Notes under the pieces: generated by a model
The model's database searches: none
What the model saw: only the letters and a program-made list of their open reading frames with translations
Told to the model about the DNA's origin: nothing
Shown: positions 28,613-37,780 of the stretch, piece by piece
How the letters are laid out: every line of letters begins with the position of its first letter
How positions within the stretch are numbered: position 1 is the stretch's first letter
Made by a program: the position numbers and the translations under genes
Assembly (NCBI GenBank): GCA_018609055.1
Contig: JABAYJ010000009.1
Location: 17,343 to 81,342 of the forward strand
Reading direction: 5' to 3'
Source: Flavobacteriales bacterium
GTDB lineage: Bacteria > Bacteroidota > Bacteroidia > Flavobacteriales_D > CAJJDF01
DNA: 64,000 nucleotides

Positions 28613-29977
28613 TTATATTTTTCTGATTAATGATTGACTTTGACTATGTAAGAATCCAGAATTCAACATCTCTTGTTCTATTCCTAAGATATGTCCTGTA
28701 GTAATAGCAGCATCAGTATTTAAAGGAGAAGATGAAGAAATAGGTCCAGTAGCTTTGTCTACTTCATTTCCTATTGTTTTTCCAGCCATTAAAGTAAATA
28801 CTCTTCTTGTATTAGCATCTGAATGATCAAAAGCTCTAAAGTTATTTTCTGTATCAAGAATTGGATTAGGATTTAAGTTTCTTCCACAGTCAGGAGTTGC
28901 TATAAATATAGTTTCACCAGCCATTGCAGGAATTTGTGTTTGAATATAGTTCCACATGTATCCCATTGCGTGATCGGCAGCATGTATTGCTCTTAAATAT
29001 CCAGTAAAGTCTGAATGACAAACATCTGGCCCATCAATTTTAATAACGGTTACAGCAGGAGTAAATTCTTTCATTACTTCAAGTGCATAACCAACAGTTG
29101 CTGCATCATTTCCACCTTGTGGAGGTCTTATTACTGTTCCAGCAGCTTTCTTTTGGAACATTGTTTTCATAAAATTCTTAATCTGTTGTTTTTCAGTTTC
29201 AGTATTTCCAACTACATCCAATACATTGTTACTAGTTAAACTAGCATAAGAATTATCTAAGAAATATTTCATCTTATACATTGGCGATAATTCATTTTGA
29301 GGGTGATAGATTTTAGCATTTTTCAAAAACTGGTCACCTTGGTTTCCAAATGTAACATTTGGTATAAACATATTTGCACCATATTGTGCACCATAATCTT
29401 CGTGATTACTGTGGTTATAAAGTGGTACTGAGTTTTGTAATGAGTTTCCAATAAACCAAGCATCTGTTGCTTTGTATCCCCCATGTTTTCTTAAAAATTC
29501 GAAAACAGTTGGAGTTTTAGGTCTCTCTAATAAGGGTTGAGCTAAATTTGTATTTCCTTGTAATAAGGCAATAGAACCACCATAGTGTCCTGCGGCTACA
29601 GCATTTACTTCTTTAAATAAAACTCCTTGCGATTGTATTGGAGTAGACAAGATAGGTGCAATTGGTGTGTTACCACTTGTCCCAGTTCCGTACACTACTT
29701 TAGAAGCTGGAGCTGGTCCAGTTAATAAGTTAGGCATAATATTACCAGTTACATTAAGTGCTGGGATTGGATTCCAAGTGTGCTGACTTTGCGATAGATA
29801 AAGTTGGTCTACAGTTTCTTGATTCCTAATACCTCCTGCATACATTACAAGTACTACGTGAGGTGCAATTTGAGTTCCTGTTGGAGCAAATAATCTTCCA
29901 CTTGGTAATATGTAAGGAGCAATTAGTGCTCCTGCTGAAGTTAAAGTCGCTTTTTTTATAAATTCTCTTCTTTTCAT
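28613..29977 (-). CDS. Tat-exported DUF1501-like (alkaline phosphatase/sulfatase-fold) protein
   Basis: MKRREFIK; VVLVMYAGG..ETVD; DVCH; IFIATPDCGRN; FDH. Confidence 0.6.
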   Translation of the reverse strand: MKRREFIKKATLTSAGALIAPYILPSGRLFAPTGTQIAPHVVLVMYAGGIRNQETVDQLYLSQSQHTWNPIPALNVTGNIMPNLLTGPAPASKVVYGTGTSGNTPIAPILSTPIQSQGVLFKEVNAVAAGHYGGSIALLQGNTNLAQPLLERPKTPTVFEFLRKHGGYKATDAWFIGNSLQNSVPLYNHSNHEDYGAQYGANMFIPNVTFGNQGDQFLKNAKIYHPQNELSPMYKMKYFLDNSYASLTSNNVLDVVGNTETEKQQIKNFMKTMFQKKAAGTVIRPPQGGNDAATVGYALEVMKEFTPAVTVIKIDGPDVCHSDFTGYLRAIHAADHAMGYMWNYIQTQIPAMAGETIFIATPDCGRNLNPNPILDTENNFRAFDHSDANTRRVFTLMAGKTIGNEVDKATGPISSSSPLNTDAAITTGHILGIEQEMLNSGFLHSQSQSLIRKI

Positions 29978-30001
29978 TTCAATAGGTATTACTGTGGTAG
30001 A

Positions 30002-30505
30002 TTAATAAAATAAATATTCGTTAGATAATGCAAATGAGAAATAGACTATTTCAGCAGTTCTGAGTGGGTCATTCGTTATTTCATTTCTAAAATATTGTTT
30101 CTCGCCTTCAGTAGGTCTTCTAATTAAAAACCTTTCGTAAGTATCTTTTATAAATTTGTTTATATCAGCTCTCATGTCACCATTTGTTGGAATCTGAGGT
30201 ATAGGTGAAGTACTATTCATAAAATTTGAAATGATAACTTCACGAGCAAGTTCTTTATCACCAATTGATGTGATACATTGCCCTGCTCTATAAATATCTC
30301 CTGCAGATAATGCTTGCTGAAATAAGTTGGTATATAAAACTGCTACCCATTGGCTTTCTGTCTTTTCTTTTATTTTAGATGATGCAGAAGGGTATAGTTT
30401 CACTTTATTTACTTGAAAGACTTTGTCTTCAAGTGTCTCTTTTTTACAATTAGATAACCCAAGTGCAAATAGAATAAGTAAAGAATAGGTTGTTATATTT
30501 TTCAT
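30002..30505 (-). CDS. Hypothetical lipoprotein resembling DUF1553 C-terminal helices
   Basis: Lipobox LSNC; YERFLIRRPTEGE...FALSNEYLFY. Confidence 0.55.
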   Translation of the reverse strand: MKNITTYSLLILFALGLSNCKKETLEDKVFQVNKVKLYPSASSKIKEKTESQWVAVLYTNLFQQALSAGDIYRAGQCITSIGDKELAREVIISNFMNSTSPIPQIPTNGDMRADINKFIKDTYERFLIRRPTEGEKQYFRNEITNDPLRTAEIVYFSFALSNEYLFY

Positions 30506-30516
30506 TTTATAAAAGA

Positions 30517-31467
30517 TTAAAAATTAGCATATTCATCCGTTTTCATTAGTTCACGGATAATAAAAGGTAAATCTGAATTTGATTGAAAATGAGTACTGTA
30601 ATTGTAGATTTCAGAAGTTGTAGGAAACCTACTCATGTATGATCTGTAAACCCAAGTAACCATTCCATCATTAAATTCAGTAGAGTTTGCAGCTATTGTA
30701 GAAAAATCATATTTACTCGCGCCAGGTTGAGCAAATAAAATTCCTGCTATATCTGCATCCACCATATCATATGAAGCAGTAAATTCATCAGTTGTAGGAA
30801 ACCTGTAGAACATATTATCAAACACAGCATTTACATAATTAAATGAATTCATATTTATTATGTCATAAAGACCATTGTAACACATTCTCCTACACATTTC
30901 ATTGAAAGTAATACTTCCGTTTTTAAGTGCAGTATCAGAAGTTAGTATGTCTTCGTATATTTTACCTTGCTGAGTTCTCCAAAAATAACTTAATAAATTT
31001 CCATTTAAGCTATCTACTTGAGCTAGTGAATATTGAATACCCATTTCCTGTGCGATTGAAAAATCTGGAATCCCTTCTAAAAATCGAGCTTTTTGAAGTT
31101 CGTAAATATTTGAGTGGAATAATTGTTTAAAATTATCACCATTATTTTGAGGTGTTGTATCGGTTTGTAGGGATAGCACAATACTTTCTCTAGTAGCGAA
31201 ATTTAAATTATTACTTTCTAGTAATATTACTAAAGAATCCATTTCTATATCAAGAGGTTCTCTACCGGTTAAATCAATAAAAATTCTATTTATATAGTTT
31301 TTTACTTTAATCGTAGGTACTCCGTAGTAACTAGGCGCATCATTATTAGCTATGAATTTATCATCTTTTTTACAAGAGGATATGATTAAGCTACTTAATA
31401 TCAGCAGGTAGAGTAATTTTTTCATAAAAAGCGTATTGTTTAGTATCAAGTAACAAGTTAATAACAT
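30517..31467 (-). CDS. Hypothetical lipoprotein resembling DUF1549 (likely start ATG 31425)
   Basis: MKKLLY..ISSC lipobox; YINRIFIDLTGREP; YRFPTTDE and SRFPTTSE; LMKTDEY. Confidence 0.55.
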   Translation of the reverse strand: MLLTCYLILNNTLFMKKLLYLLILSSLIISSCKKDDKFIANNDAPSYYGVPTIKVKNYINRIFIDLTGREPLDIEMDSLVILLESNNLNFATRESIVLSLQTDTTPQNNGDNFKQLFHSNIYELQKARFLEGIPDFSIAQEMGIQYSLAQVDSLNGNLLSYFWRTQQGKIYEDILTSDTALKNGSITFNEMCRRMCYNGLYDIINMNSFNYVNAVFDNMFYRFPTTDEFTASYDMVDADIAGILFAQPGASKYDFSTIAANSTEFNDGMVTWVYRSYMSRFPTTSEIYNYSTHFQSNSDLPFIIRELMKTDEYANF

Positions 31468-31563
31468 GAATTGAGCTATGTTATAAATGTGTTAATACTT
31501 TTCAACAGTACGTAGTTATCAATAGGAAAGTTGCGTGAATTAGAGACTAATTATGTCTTATTT

Positions 31564-33102
31564 TTATGAAGCCTGAATAACTTCTTTCTTTTTATTCAGT
31601 AATTTAAAGTAAAGCAAGTGTTTAGATGTTTTACCTTCAATTTTTATCCATTTTTTGTGTTTCAAAAACCATTTTATTTGTCTTGAAATGATTCCTTTTT
31701 TGAAATAAGCCTCAATAAATGGATGAACTTGTAAAACAAGACCTTTAGATTTATCAGCAGCTTTTATTGCGTTCTTAATTTGTTCAGTAATTAAAATTGC
31801 AGCTTGTACTTCACCAGTACCATGGCAGGTAGGACAAGTTTCCTTCGTATCAATAGATGTTTCAGGTCTAAGTCTTTGTCTAGTAATTTCAATTACACCA
31901 AATTTACTTGGTGGTATTAAATTATGCTTAGCTCTATCGGAGCTCATTTTTTCTTTAAGGAATTTGTACAACTTCATGTTGTTTTCCTTTTGATACATAT
32001 CAATGAAATCAACAGCAATGATTCCACCCATATCTCTTAATCGAAGAACTCTTGCAACTTCTTCAGCAGCATCTAGGTTTACCTGAAGAGCATTAGCTTC
32101 AGAATCATTTTCTTTACCTTTTCTGTTCCCACTATTCACGTCAATAACGTGCATAGCTTCAGCATGGTCAATAATTAAATATCCACCATTTGCCATATTC
32201 ACTTTTCTTCCAAAACTTGCTTTTATTTGTTTGTGGATTCCGTGAGTTTGAAAAATATCAACTTTACCTTTGTGAAGTTTGATGATTTTAGTTTTATCTG
32301 GTGCAATTTTCCCAATATATTCTTTCAATTGAACGAACATAAGTTGGTCATCAACTACAATACTATTAAAATTCTCATTTAATAAATCTCTTACAATTGC
32401 CGAAGCTTTGTTAATTTCTCCAAGAATTTTCTTAGGTGGTTTAACGTCTTTAGCATTTACATAGATAGATTCCCATTTATCTCGTAAATCTTGTAAGTCC
32501 TCATTAAGTTCAGCAACTTTCCTTGTTTGGGCAACTGTTCTAATTATTACTCCAAAGTTTTTAGGTCTAATACTTTCTATTAACCTAACCAATCTGTTTT
32601 TCTCTTCAGGGTCGTCAATCTTTTGGGAAACTGAAATCTTATTAGAGAATGGAATTAATACCAAATACCTTCCAGGAAGAGTAATTTCGGTAGTAACTTT
32701 AGGTCCTTTAGATGATATAGGTTCTTTAGTAATTTGAACTAATAGCTTCTGATTAGCAGAAATATGATCTTTTATTTTACCGTATTTCTCAATCTCTTTT
32801 TCAATTTTAAACTCAAAATCAGGTTTGCCATTGAAAGCTATTTTAGCTGCTTTTTCAAATGATTTGTAACCAGCCCCAAGATCGGAGTAGTGTAAAAAAC
32901 CATCTTTTTCATATCCTACATTAACGAACGCAGAGTTAAGCCCAGGATTAGTTCTTTTAACTTTTCCTAGAAATATATCTCCAGCAGAAATGGTATTGTC
33001 GTCTTCATTAGATTCAGTATGAATCTCAATGAGGCTTTTATCCTTTAATAAGGCAATAACTACTTCTTCTGGTTTAGATGAAATGATTAAATCTAAACTC
33101 AC
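31564..33102 (-). CDS. rng: Ribonuclease E/G
   Basis: S1 domain, KEPISSKGP, IDVNSG, GGIIAVDFIDM, CPTC; GTG start. Confidence 0.93.
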   Translation of the reverse strand: MSLDLIISSKPEEVVIALLKDKSLIEIHTESNEDDNTISAGDIFLGKVKRTNPGLNSAFVNVGYEKDGFLHYSDLGAGYKSFEKAAKIAFNGKPDFEFKIEKEIEKYGKIKDHISANQKLLVQITKEPISSKGPKVTTEITLPGRYLVLIPFSNKISVSQKIDDPEEKNRLVRLIESIRPKNFGVIIRTVAQTRKVAELNEDLQDLRDKWESIYVNAKDVKPPKKILGEINKASAIVRDLLNENFNSIVVDDQLMFVQLKEYIGKIAPDKTKIIKLHKGKVDIFQTHGIHKQIKASFGRKVNMANGGYLIIDHAEAMHVIDVNSGNRKGKENDSEANALQVNLDAAEEVARVLRLRDMGGIIAVDFIDMYQKENNMKLYKFLKEKMSSDRAKHNLIPPSKFGVIEITRQRLRPETSIDTKETCPTCHGTGEVQAAILITEQIKNAIKAADKSKGLVLQVHPFIEAYFKKGIISRQIKWFLKHKKWIKIEGKTSKHLLYFKLLNKKKEVIQAS

Positions 33103-33161
33103 AATTAGTTATGTAATTTGTTGAAATTGGGCAAATGCCCATATAAAATGAGTACAAACAC

Positions 33162-33188
33162 AAAAAACAAGATAAAACTATCTTGTTT
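33162..33188 (-). terminator. Probable terminator/attenuator between the 30-aa gene and rne/rng
   Basis: AAACAAGATA/TATCTTGTTT stem with A-tract on + strand. Confidence 0.6.
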
Positions 33189-33220
33189 AAATGTGATGTA
33201 AAATATTGATTAAAAGAAAT

Positions 33221-33313
33221 TTATTTCTTTTTCTTGTGACGATTCTTTCTCAATCTCTTTTTTCTCTTGTGAGTCGCCATCTTATGTCTTTTTCTCTTCT
33301 TACCGCTTGGCAT
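33221..33313 (-). CDS. 30-aa basic protein, bS22/mS38 (AURKAIP1/COX24)-like small ribosomal protein
   Basis: Manual translation MPSGKKRKRHKMATHKRKKRLRKNRHKKKK; below ORF-track cutoff. Confidence 0.85.
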   Translation of the reverse strand: MPSGKKRKRHKMATHKRKKRLRKNRHKKKK

Positions 33314-33318
33314 AGTCT

Positions 33319-33786
33319 TTAATTTAGGTTAATTATATTAATTCGTTCTTGTATTTCTGCTTCTAATTTAGAATCCTTGTCTAGTGCTTTTGCTTTCAAC
33401 AAAGTTTCTAATGCTTTTTGTCTTTTTTCATCAAAGAAGTAAGAGTCAGATAATTTTATTAATCCACTTACTTTTTCATCCCCCTCAGTTAAACTAACAA
33501 ACTTCTCAAAACGTGCTATAGCTTTTGGATATTGTCCCGATTGTATCGATAAATCTCCAAGTTGCCAAATAACATCAATGTTGTTAGGGTCTTTTTCAAG
33601 TAATGCTCTCAGCATCATTATCCCTTTCATTGGTTCTTCTCCTTTTTCAATAACTAATAGAGCCTTTTTAAGGTCTACGTCATCTTGATCTACAGAGGGT
33701 ACCCTAGAAACGAATTGCAAAGATACTAAAATAATAAGAGCTCCTAATAAAATTGGTATAAAAATTTTATAAAAGGAGCTCTTCAT
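33319..33786 (-). CDS. Membrane-anchored TPR protein
   Basis: N-terminal TM; TPR-like DPNNIDVIWQLGDLSIQSGQYPKAIARFE. Confidence 0.75.
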   Translation of the reverse strand: MKSSFYKIFIPILLGALIILVSLQFVSRVPSVDQDDVDLKKALLVIEKGEEPMKGIMMLRALLEKDPNNIDVIWQLGDLSIQSGQYPKAIARFEKFVSLTEGDEKVSGLIKLSDSYFFDEKRQKALETLLKAKALDKDSKLEAEIQERINIINLN

Positions 33787-33813
33787 AGTTTAGGTTTTTT
33801 AATTGATTAAAAG

Positions 33814-34104
33814 TTATTTAACTTTTACTTTCTTTTTTACATCATTAGAAAAATCTCTAGCTGGTTTAAAAGCTGGGATATTGTGTGCTGGTATTACAAC
33901 TGAAGTGTTTTTAGAAATGTTTCTTCCAGTTTTCTTAGCTCTCTTCTTGATGATGAAGCTACCAAAACCTCTTAAATAAACATTTTCTCCTTTAGTCATG
34001 TTACCTTTTACGGTATCCATAAAAGATTCAACAGTTTTTAATACTACTGCTTTTTCAATTCCTGTTTTTGCTGAAATTTGTTCAACTACGTCCGCTTTTG
34101 TCAT
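33814..34104 (-). CDS. hup: HU/IHF family DNA-binding protein
   Basis: MTKADVV, VYLRGFGSF, GRNISKN, PAFKP. Confidence 0.93.
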   Translation of the reverse strand: MTKADVVEQISAKTGIEKAVVLKTVESFMDTVKGNMTKGENVYLRGFGSFIIKKRAKKTGRNISKNTSVVIPAHNIPAFKPARDFSNDVKKKVKVK

Positions 34105-34250
34105 TGTATTGTTTGTTATAGTTAGTTAATAAATTGTCAGAAACCTCATTGGTTCCTGTACTTTCTCAAAAGTAACAACAATATACAATTTTTTTAATAT
34201 TAAATTGGGTATTTTTACAAAAAATATTTGTTTATTTTATTGATTATACA

Positions 34251-35288
34251 TTGATTAAAGAAAAATTCCTTCCGCATTTACATTTTTGGTACAAAGAAAA
34301 CAAGCGAGATTTACCTTTTAGGCATACTACTGATGCCTATAAAATATGGTTGTCTGAAATTATTTTACAACAAACTAGGGTAGAGCAAGGTCTTCCTTAT
34401 TATATCAAGTTTTTAGAGTTGTTTCCTGAAGTTGAAGATTTGGCAAAAGCATCTGAAGAAGATGTGTTAAAAGCTTGGCAAGGTTTGGGTTATTATTCAA
34501 GAGCTAGAAATTTACATTTCACTGCTAACATGGTAGTTGATGAATTTGGTGGAGTTTTCCCAACTCAATATGAAGATTTAATTAAACTCAAAGGTATAGG
34601 TGATTATACTGCTTCAGCAATTTCATCTTTTTCTAGTAAAGAGGTTGTTCCTGTTCTTGATGGAAATGTTTATCGCTTTATGAGTAGATTAATTGGTATT
34701 GAGACTCCTATTAATACTCCTAAAGCTATAAAAGAGTTTAAGCAGGTTTTAGTTAAATTAATTGACGAGAAAAAACCTGATACCTTTAATCAAGCAATAA
34801 TTGAATTTGGAGCTCTTCATTGCACACCAACTTCTCCTAGTTGTGATTCATGCCCATTTAGTGATAGTTGTTTTGCTTTTACTGAGAGTAGGATCAAAGA
34901 TTTTCCGGTTAAATTAAAAAAGAAAAAACCAGTAGAAAGGTTCTTGAATTTTTATTTGGTAAAACATGAAGAATCAATTTTCATAACTAAAAGGAAAGAG
35001 AACAGTATCTGGAAAAATCTGTATGAGTTTCCTTTTGTTGAATCCAAAGAGGTATTTATGAAAGAAATGGTTAGTGATGATTTAAATGAAACTTTAAAAC
35101 TTAATACAGTTAGCGGTCCTTTTAAGCATCTTTTATCTCATCAAAAAATAATGGCTAAATTAATGGTGTGTGAATTGAATTCAACTGATTTAATTCCAGA
35201 TGATTGGATTAAAATTTCGAAACTTAAATTTGATGATTATCCAATCCACAGATTGATGGAAAAAATGGTGGAGTCGATTGATTTATAG
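34251..35288 (+). CDS. mutY: A/G-specific adenine glycosylase
   Basis: WLSEIILQQTRV, WQGLGYYSRARN, LKGIGDYTA, 4Fe-4S Cys cluster. Confidence 0.95.
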   Translation: MIKEKFLPHLHFWYKENKRDLPFRHTTDAYKIWLSEIILQQTRVEQGLPYYIKFLELFPEVEDLAKASEEDVLKAWQGLGYYSRARNLHFTANMVVDEFGGVFPTQYEDLIKLKGIGDYTASAISSFSSKEVVPVLDGNVYRFMSRLIGIETPINTPKAIKEFKQVLVKLIDEKKPDTFNQAIIEFGALHCTPTSPSCDSCPFSDSCFAFTESRIKDFPVKLKKKKPVERFLNFYLVKHEESIFITKRKENSIWKNLYEFPFVESKEVFMKEMVSDDLNETLKLNTVSGPFKHLLSHQKIMAKLMVCELNSTDLIPDDWIKISKLKFDDYPIHRLMEKMVESIDL

Positions 35289-35359
35289 AATTAACTCATT
35301 TTGCTTGTTTTTTATTTTTGTGATTTCTAAATACATTTAGTAAATTGAAGTATTAATTG

Positions 35360-35367
35360 TAAATTTG
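35360..35367 (+). promoter_or_regulatory. -7 promoter element (TAAATTTG) for ssb
   Basis: Exact TAnnTTTG 15 nt upstream of ATG. Confidence 0.6.
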
Positions 35368-35382
35368 AAAAAATAAAATCCT

Positions 35383-35808
35383 ATGGCTGGAGTAAACAAA
35401 GTAATATTGGTGGGTAATTTGGGTAAAGACCCAGAAGTACGTCATTTAGAGAGTGGGGCAGTAGTTGCTAACTTTCCTTTGGCAACATCTGATAGCTATA
35501 AGGATAGAAAAACTGGAGAACGAATTACTCAAACAGAATGGCACAATATTGTTATTTGGAGAGGTTTGGCAGAGGTTGCTGAAAAATACCTTAAAAAAGG
35601 TAGTTCAGTATACGTAGAAGGAAAACTGAGAACTAGATCTTGGGATGATAAGGAAGGTAACAAGAGATATACAACAGAAATTGTTGCAGATAATATGACA
35701 ATGTTAGGTGGTAAAAATGATGGAGGTGCTCCACAAAACAATGCTCCTGGCGAAGAATCAAATTCAGCTCCTTTTGATAATGAAGCAGCTGGCGATTTAC
35801 CTTTTTAA
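35383..35808 (+). CDS. ssb: Single-stranded DNA-binding protein
   Basis: [15 protein letters not shown]; C-terminal DLPF. Confidence 0.97.
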   Translation: MAGVNKVILVGNLGKDPEVRHLESGAVVANFPLATSDSYKDRKTGERITQTEWHNIVIWRGLAEVAEKYLKKGSSVYVEGKLRTRSWDDKEGNKRYTTEIVADNMTMLGGKNDGGAPQNNAPGEESNSAPFDNEAAGDLPF

Positions 35809-35830
35809 TTTTAACTACTAACTAACTTAA

Positions 35831-37165
35831 TTGCAATTGGAACCTGACAGTATCGAGCCCTTATCGGGGCTACTATTAATTTTTAATCCAATATCTATTC
35901 CTGTAATAATTGCGCTTGCCGTGATTGTTGTTTTACTAATTAGTTCTGCACTGGTTTCTGGTTCAGAGGTTGCTTTTTTCTCCATAGATGCTAAAGACAG
36001 AGAGTCTTTAAACTCGGAGAAAAATCCAAAAGCAACAAGGGTTTTGGACTTGCTTACTAAACCAAAAAAACTATTAGCAACTATACTTATTGCCAATAAT
36101 TTTGTAAATATTGCTATTGTAATATTGTCCACTTTTATCATTACTAATTTATTAGATTTTCAAGGGAATAAAGTCTTGGAATTCACTATTACTGTTGTTG
36201 TTGCTACGTTTTTAATATTGATGGTAGGTGAAGTTATTCCTAAAGTTTACGCAACTAATAATGGAATAAAACTTGCCAAGTTTATGGCAACTCCAATTTT
36301 TATCATTCAAAAATTATTTTCTCCACTAAGTACTTTATTAGTAAAAAGCACCTCTTTTATTGATAAGAGAATTAAAAAATCAGCTACTGAAATTTCTGTT
36401 CATGATTTGGATCATGCTCTTGAAATTACTGAAATTGAGGGTGTAACAGATGAAGACAAAAAAATACTTGAAGGAATTGTAAAGTTTGGTGAAACTGATG
36501 TGAAGCAAATAATGAAATCGAGAGTAGATGTTATTTCATTTGACGAAAATACTCCTTTTGAAGAATTGATGCCTCAGATTATTGAAAATGGTTATTCAAG
36601 AATTCCAGTTTTTCAGGAGTCATTTGATAATGTTACTGGAGTACTTTATGTAAAGGATTTGTTGCCTTATTTAAACGAAAAGAATTTTGATTGGAAGATT
36701 TTACTTCGTGAACCATTTTTTGTTCCAGAGAGTAAAAAAATTGATGATTTATTAAGGCAGTTTCAGGAGTCTAAAATACATATTGCTATTGTTGCTGATG
36801 AATATGGAGGTACTTGTGGAATAGTAACTCTAGAGGATGTAATTGAAGAGATTATTGGAGAGATATCGGATGAGTTTGATGATGATGACTTGGTTTATTC
36901 TAAAATAGACGAAAACAACTATGTGTTCGAAGGAAAAATATCTTTGGTAGATATGTACAAAGTCTTGGACATTGAAGGCGATATTTTTGAAGAGGAGAAA
37001 GGAGAAGCCGATACTTTGGCTGGTTTCTTAATTGAGAAGTCGGGTAAAATAATGAAGAAGAATGAACGTATTAAGTTCGGAGACTTTTCATTTGAAGTAG
37101 AAGGTGCTGACAAGAGAAGAATAAAGCAAGTGAAAGTGACTCTTAAATCTGATGACAATGAATAG
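35831..37165 (+). CDS. gldE: Gliding motility-associated GldE (DUF21-CBS-CorC)
   Basis: SGSEVAFFS, GEVIPK, CBS pair; adjacent to gldD. Confidence 0.9.
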   Translation: MQLEPDSIEPLSGLLLIFNPISIPVIIALAVIVVLLISSALVSGSEVAFFSIDAKDRESLNSEKNPKATRVLDLLTKPKKLLATILIANNFVNIAIVILSTFIITNLLDFQGNKVLEFTITVVVATFLILMVGEVIPKVYATNNGIKLAKFMATPIFIIQKLFSPLSTLLVKSTSFIDKRIKKSATEISVHDLDHALEITEIEGVTDEDKKILEGIVKFGETDVKQIMKSRVDVISFDENTPFEELMPQIIENGYSRIPVFQESFDNVTGVLYVKDLLPYLNEKNFDWKILLREPFFVPESKKIDDLLRQFQESKIHIAIVADEYGGTCGIVTLEDVIEEIIGEISDEFDDDDLVYSKIDENNYVFEGKISLVDMYKVLDIEGDIFEEEKGEADTLAGFLIEKSGKIMKKNERIKFGDFSFEVEGADKRRIKQVKVTLKSDDNE

Positions 37166-37727
37166 AATTGTAGTTTACATATTGGCTATCGTACTTTTAT
37201 TTTCTTGTAAAGAAGATAACTATTATCCTAAGCCTTTAGGTAATTTCAGAATTGGTTTTCCAGAAAAAATTGAATATAAAGATTACGAAAGTGAGTGTAA
37301 TTTTAGTTATCAATACCCAAGCTTTTCAGCTGTACTGGATAAAGGGAATTGCAACCAAAATATAGTGTTTCCTAAATACAATGCAATTTTACACTTAACC
37401 AGTATTAAGTTTGACGGAACCAAAATGAATAACTTGTTCTATCATTCTGAGTATTCGCGTAAATTAGCATACGAGCACAGAATAAAAGCTGATGCAATAA
37501 ACCAAACTGTTTATGTAAATGACTCGGCAAGAGTGTATGGTGTTACATATGAAATACTAGGAAACGTAGCCAGTAACTATCAGTTTTATCTTACCGATAG
37601 CACAGACAACTTCTTTAGAGGTTCGCTTTACTTTAACGTAAAACCAAATATAGATTCTATAAAACCTGTATTGGATTTCCTAAAAGGAAATATCAATAAC
37701 ATGATAGAGACTTTTGATTGGAAATAA
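37152..37727 (+). CDS. gldD: Gliding motility lipoprotein GldD
   Basis: Lipobox FSC; YPKPLGNFRI, EHRIKADAI, GNVASNYQFYLTDS..FFRGSLYF. Confidence 0.92.
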   Translation: MTMNRIVVYILAIVLLFSCKEDNYYPKPLGNFRIGFPEKIEYKDYESECNFSYQYPSFSAVLDKGNCNQNIVFPKYNAILHLTSIKFDGTKMNNLFYHSEYSRKLAYEHRIKADAINQTVYVNDSARVYGVTYEILGNVASNYQFYLTDSTDNFFRGSLYFNVKPNIDSIKPVLDFLKGNINNMIETFDWK

Positions 37728-37760
37728 AAAAAGTGACTGAAGAAAACTCCAGTCACTTTT
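37728..37760. terminator. Bidirectional terminator between gldD and the ABC permease
   Basis: AAAAGTGACTG/CAGTCACTTTT inverted repeat. Confidence 0.8.
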
Positions 37761-37780
37761 AATTCTAATTAATCTTTAGA

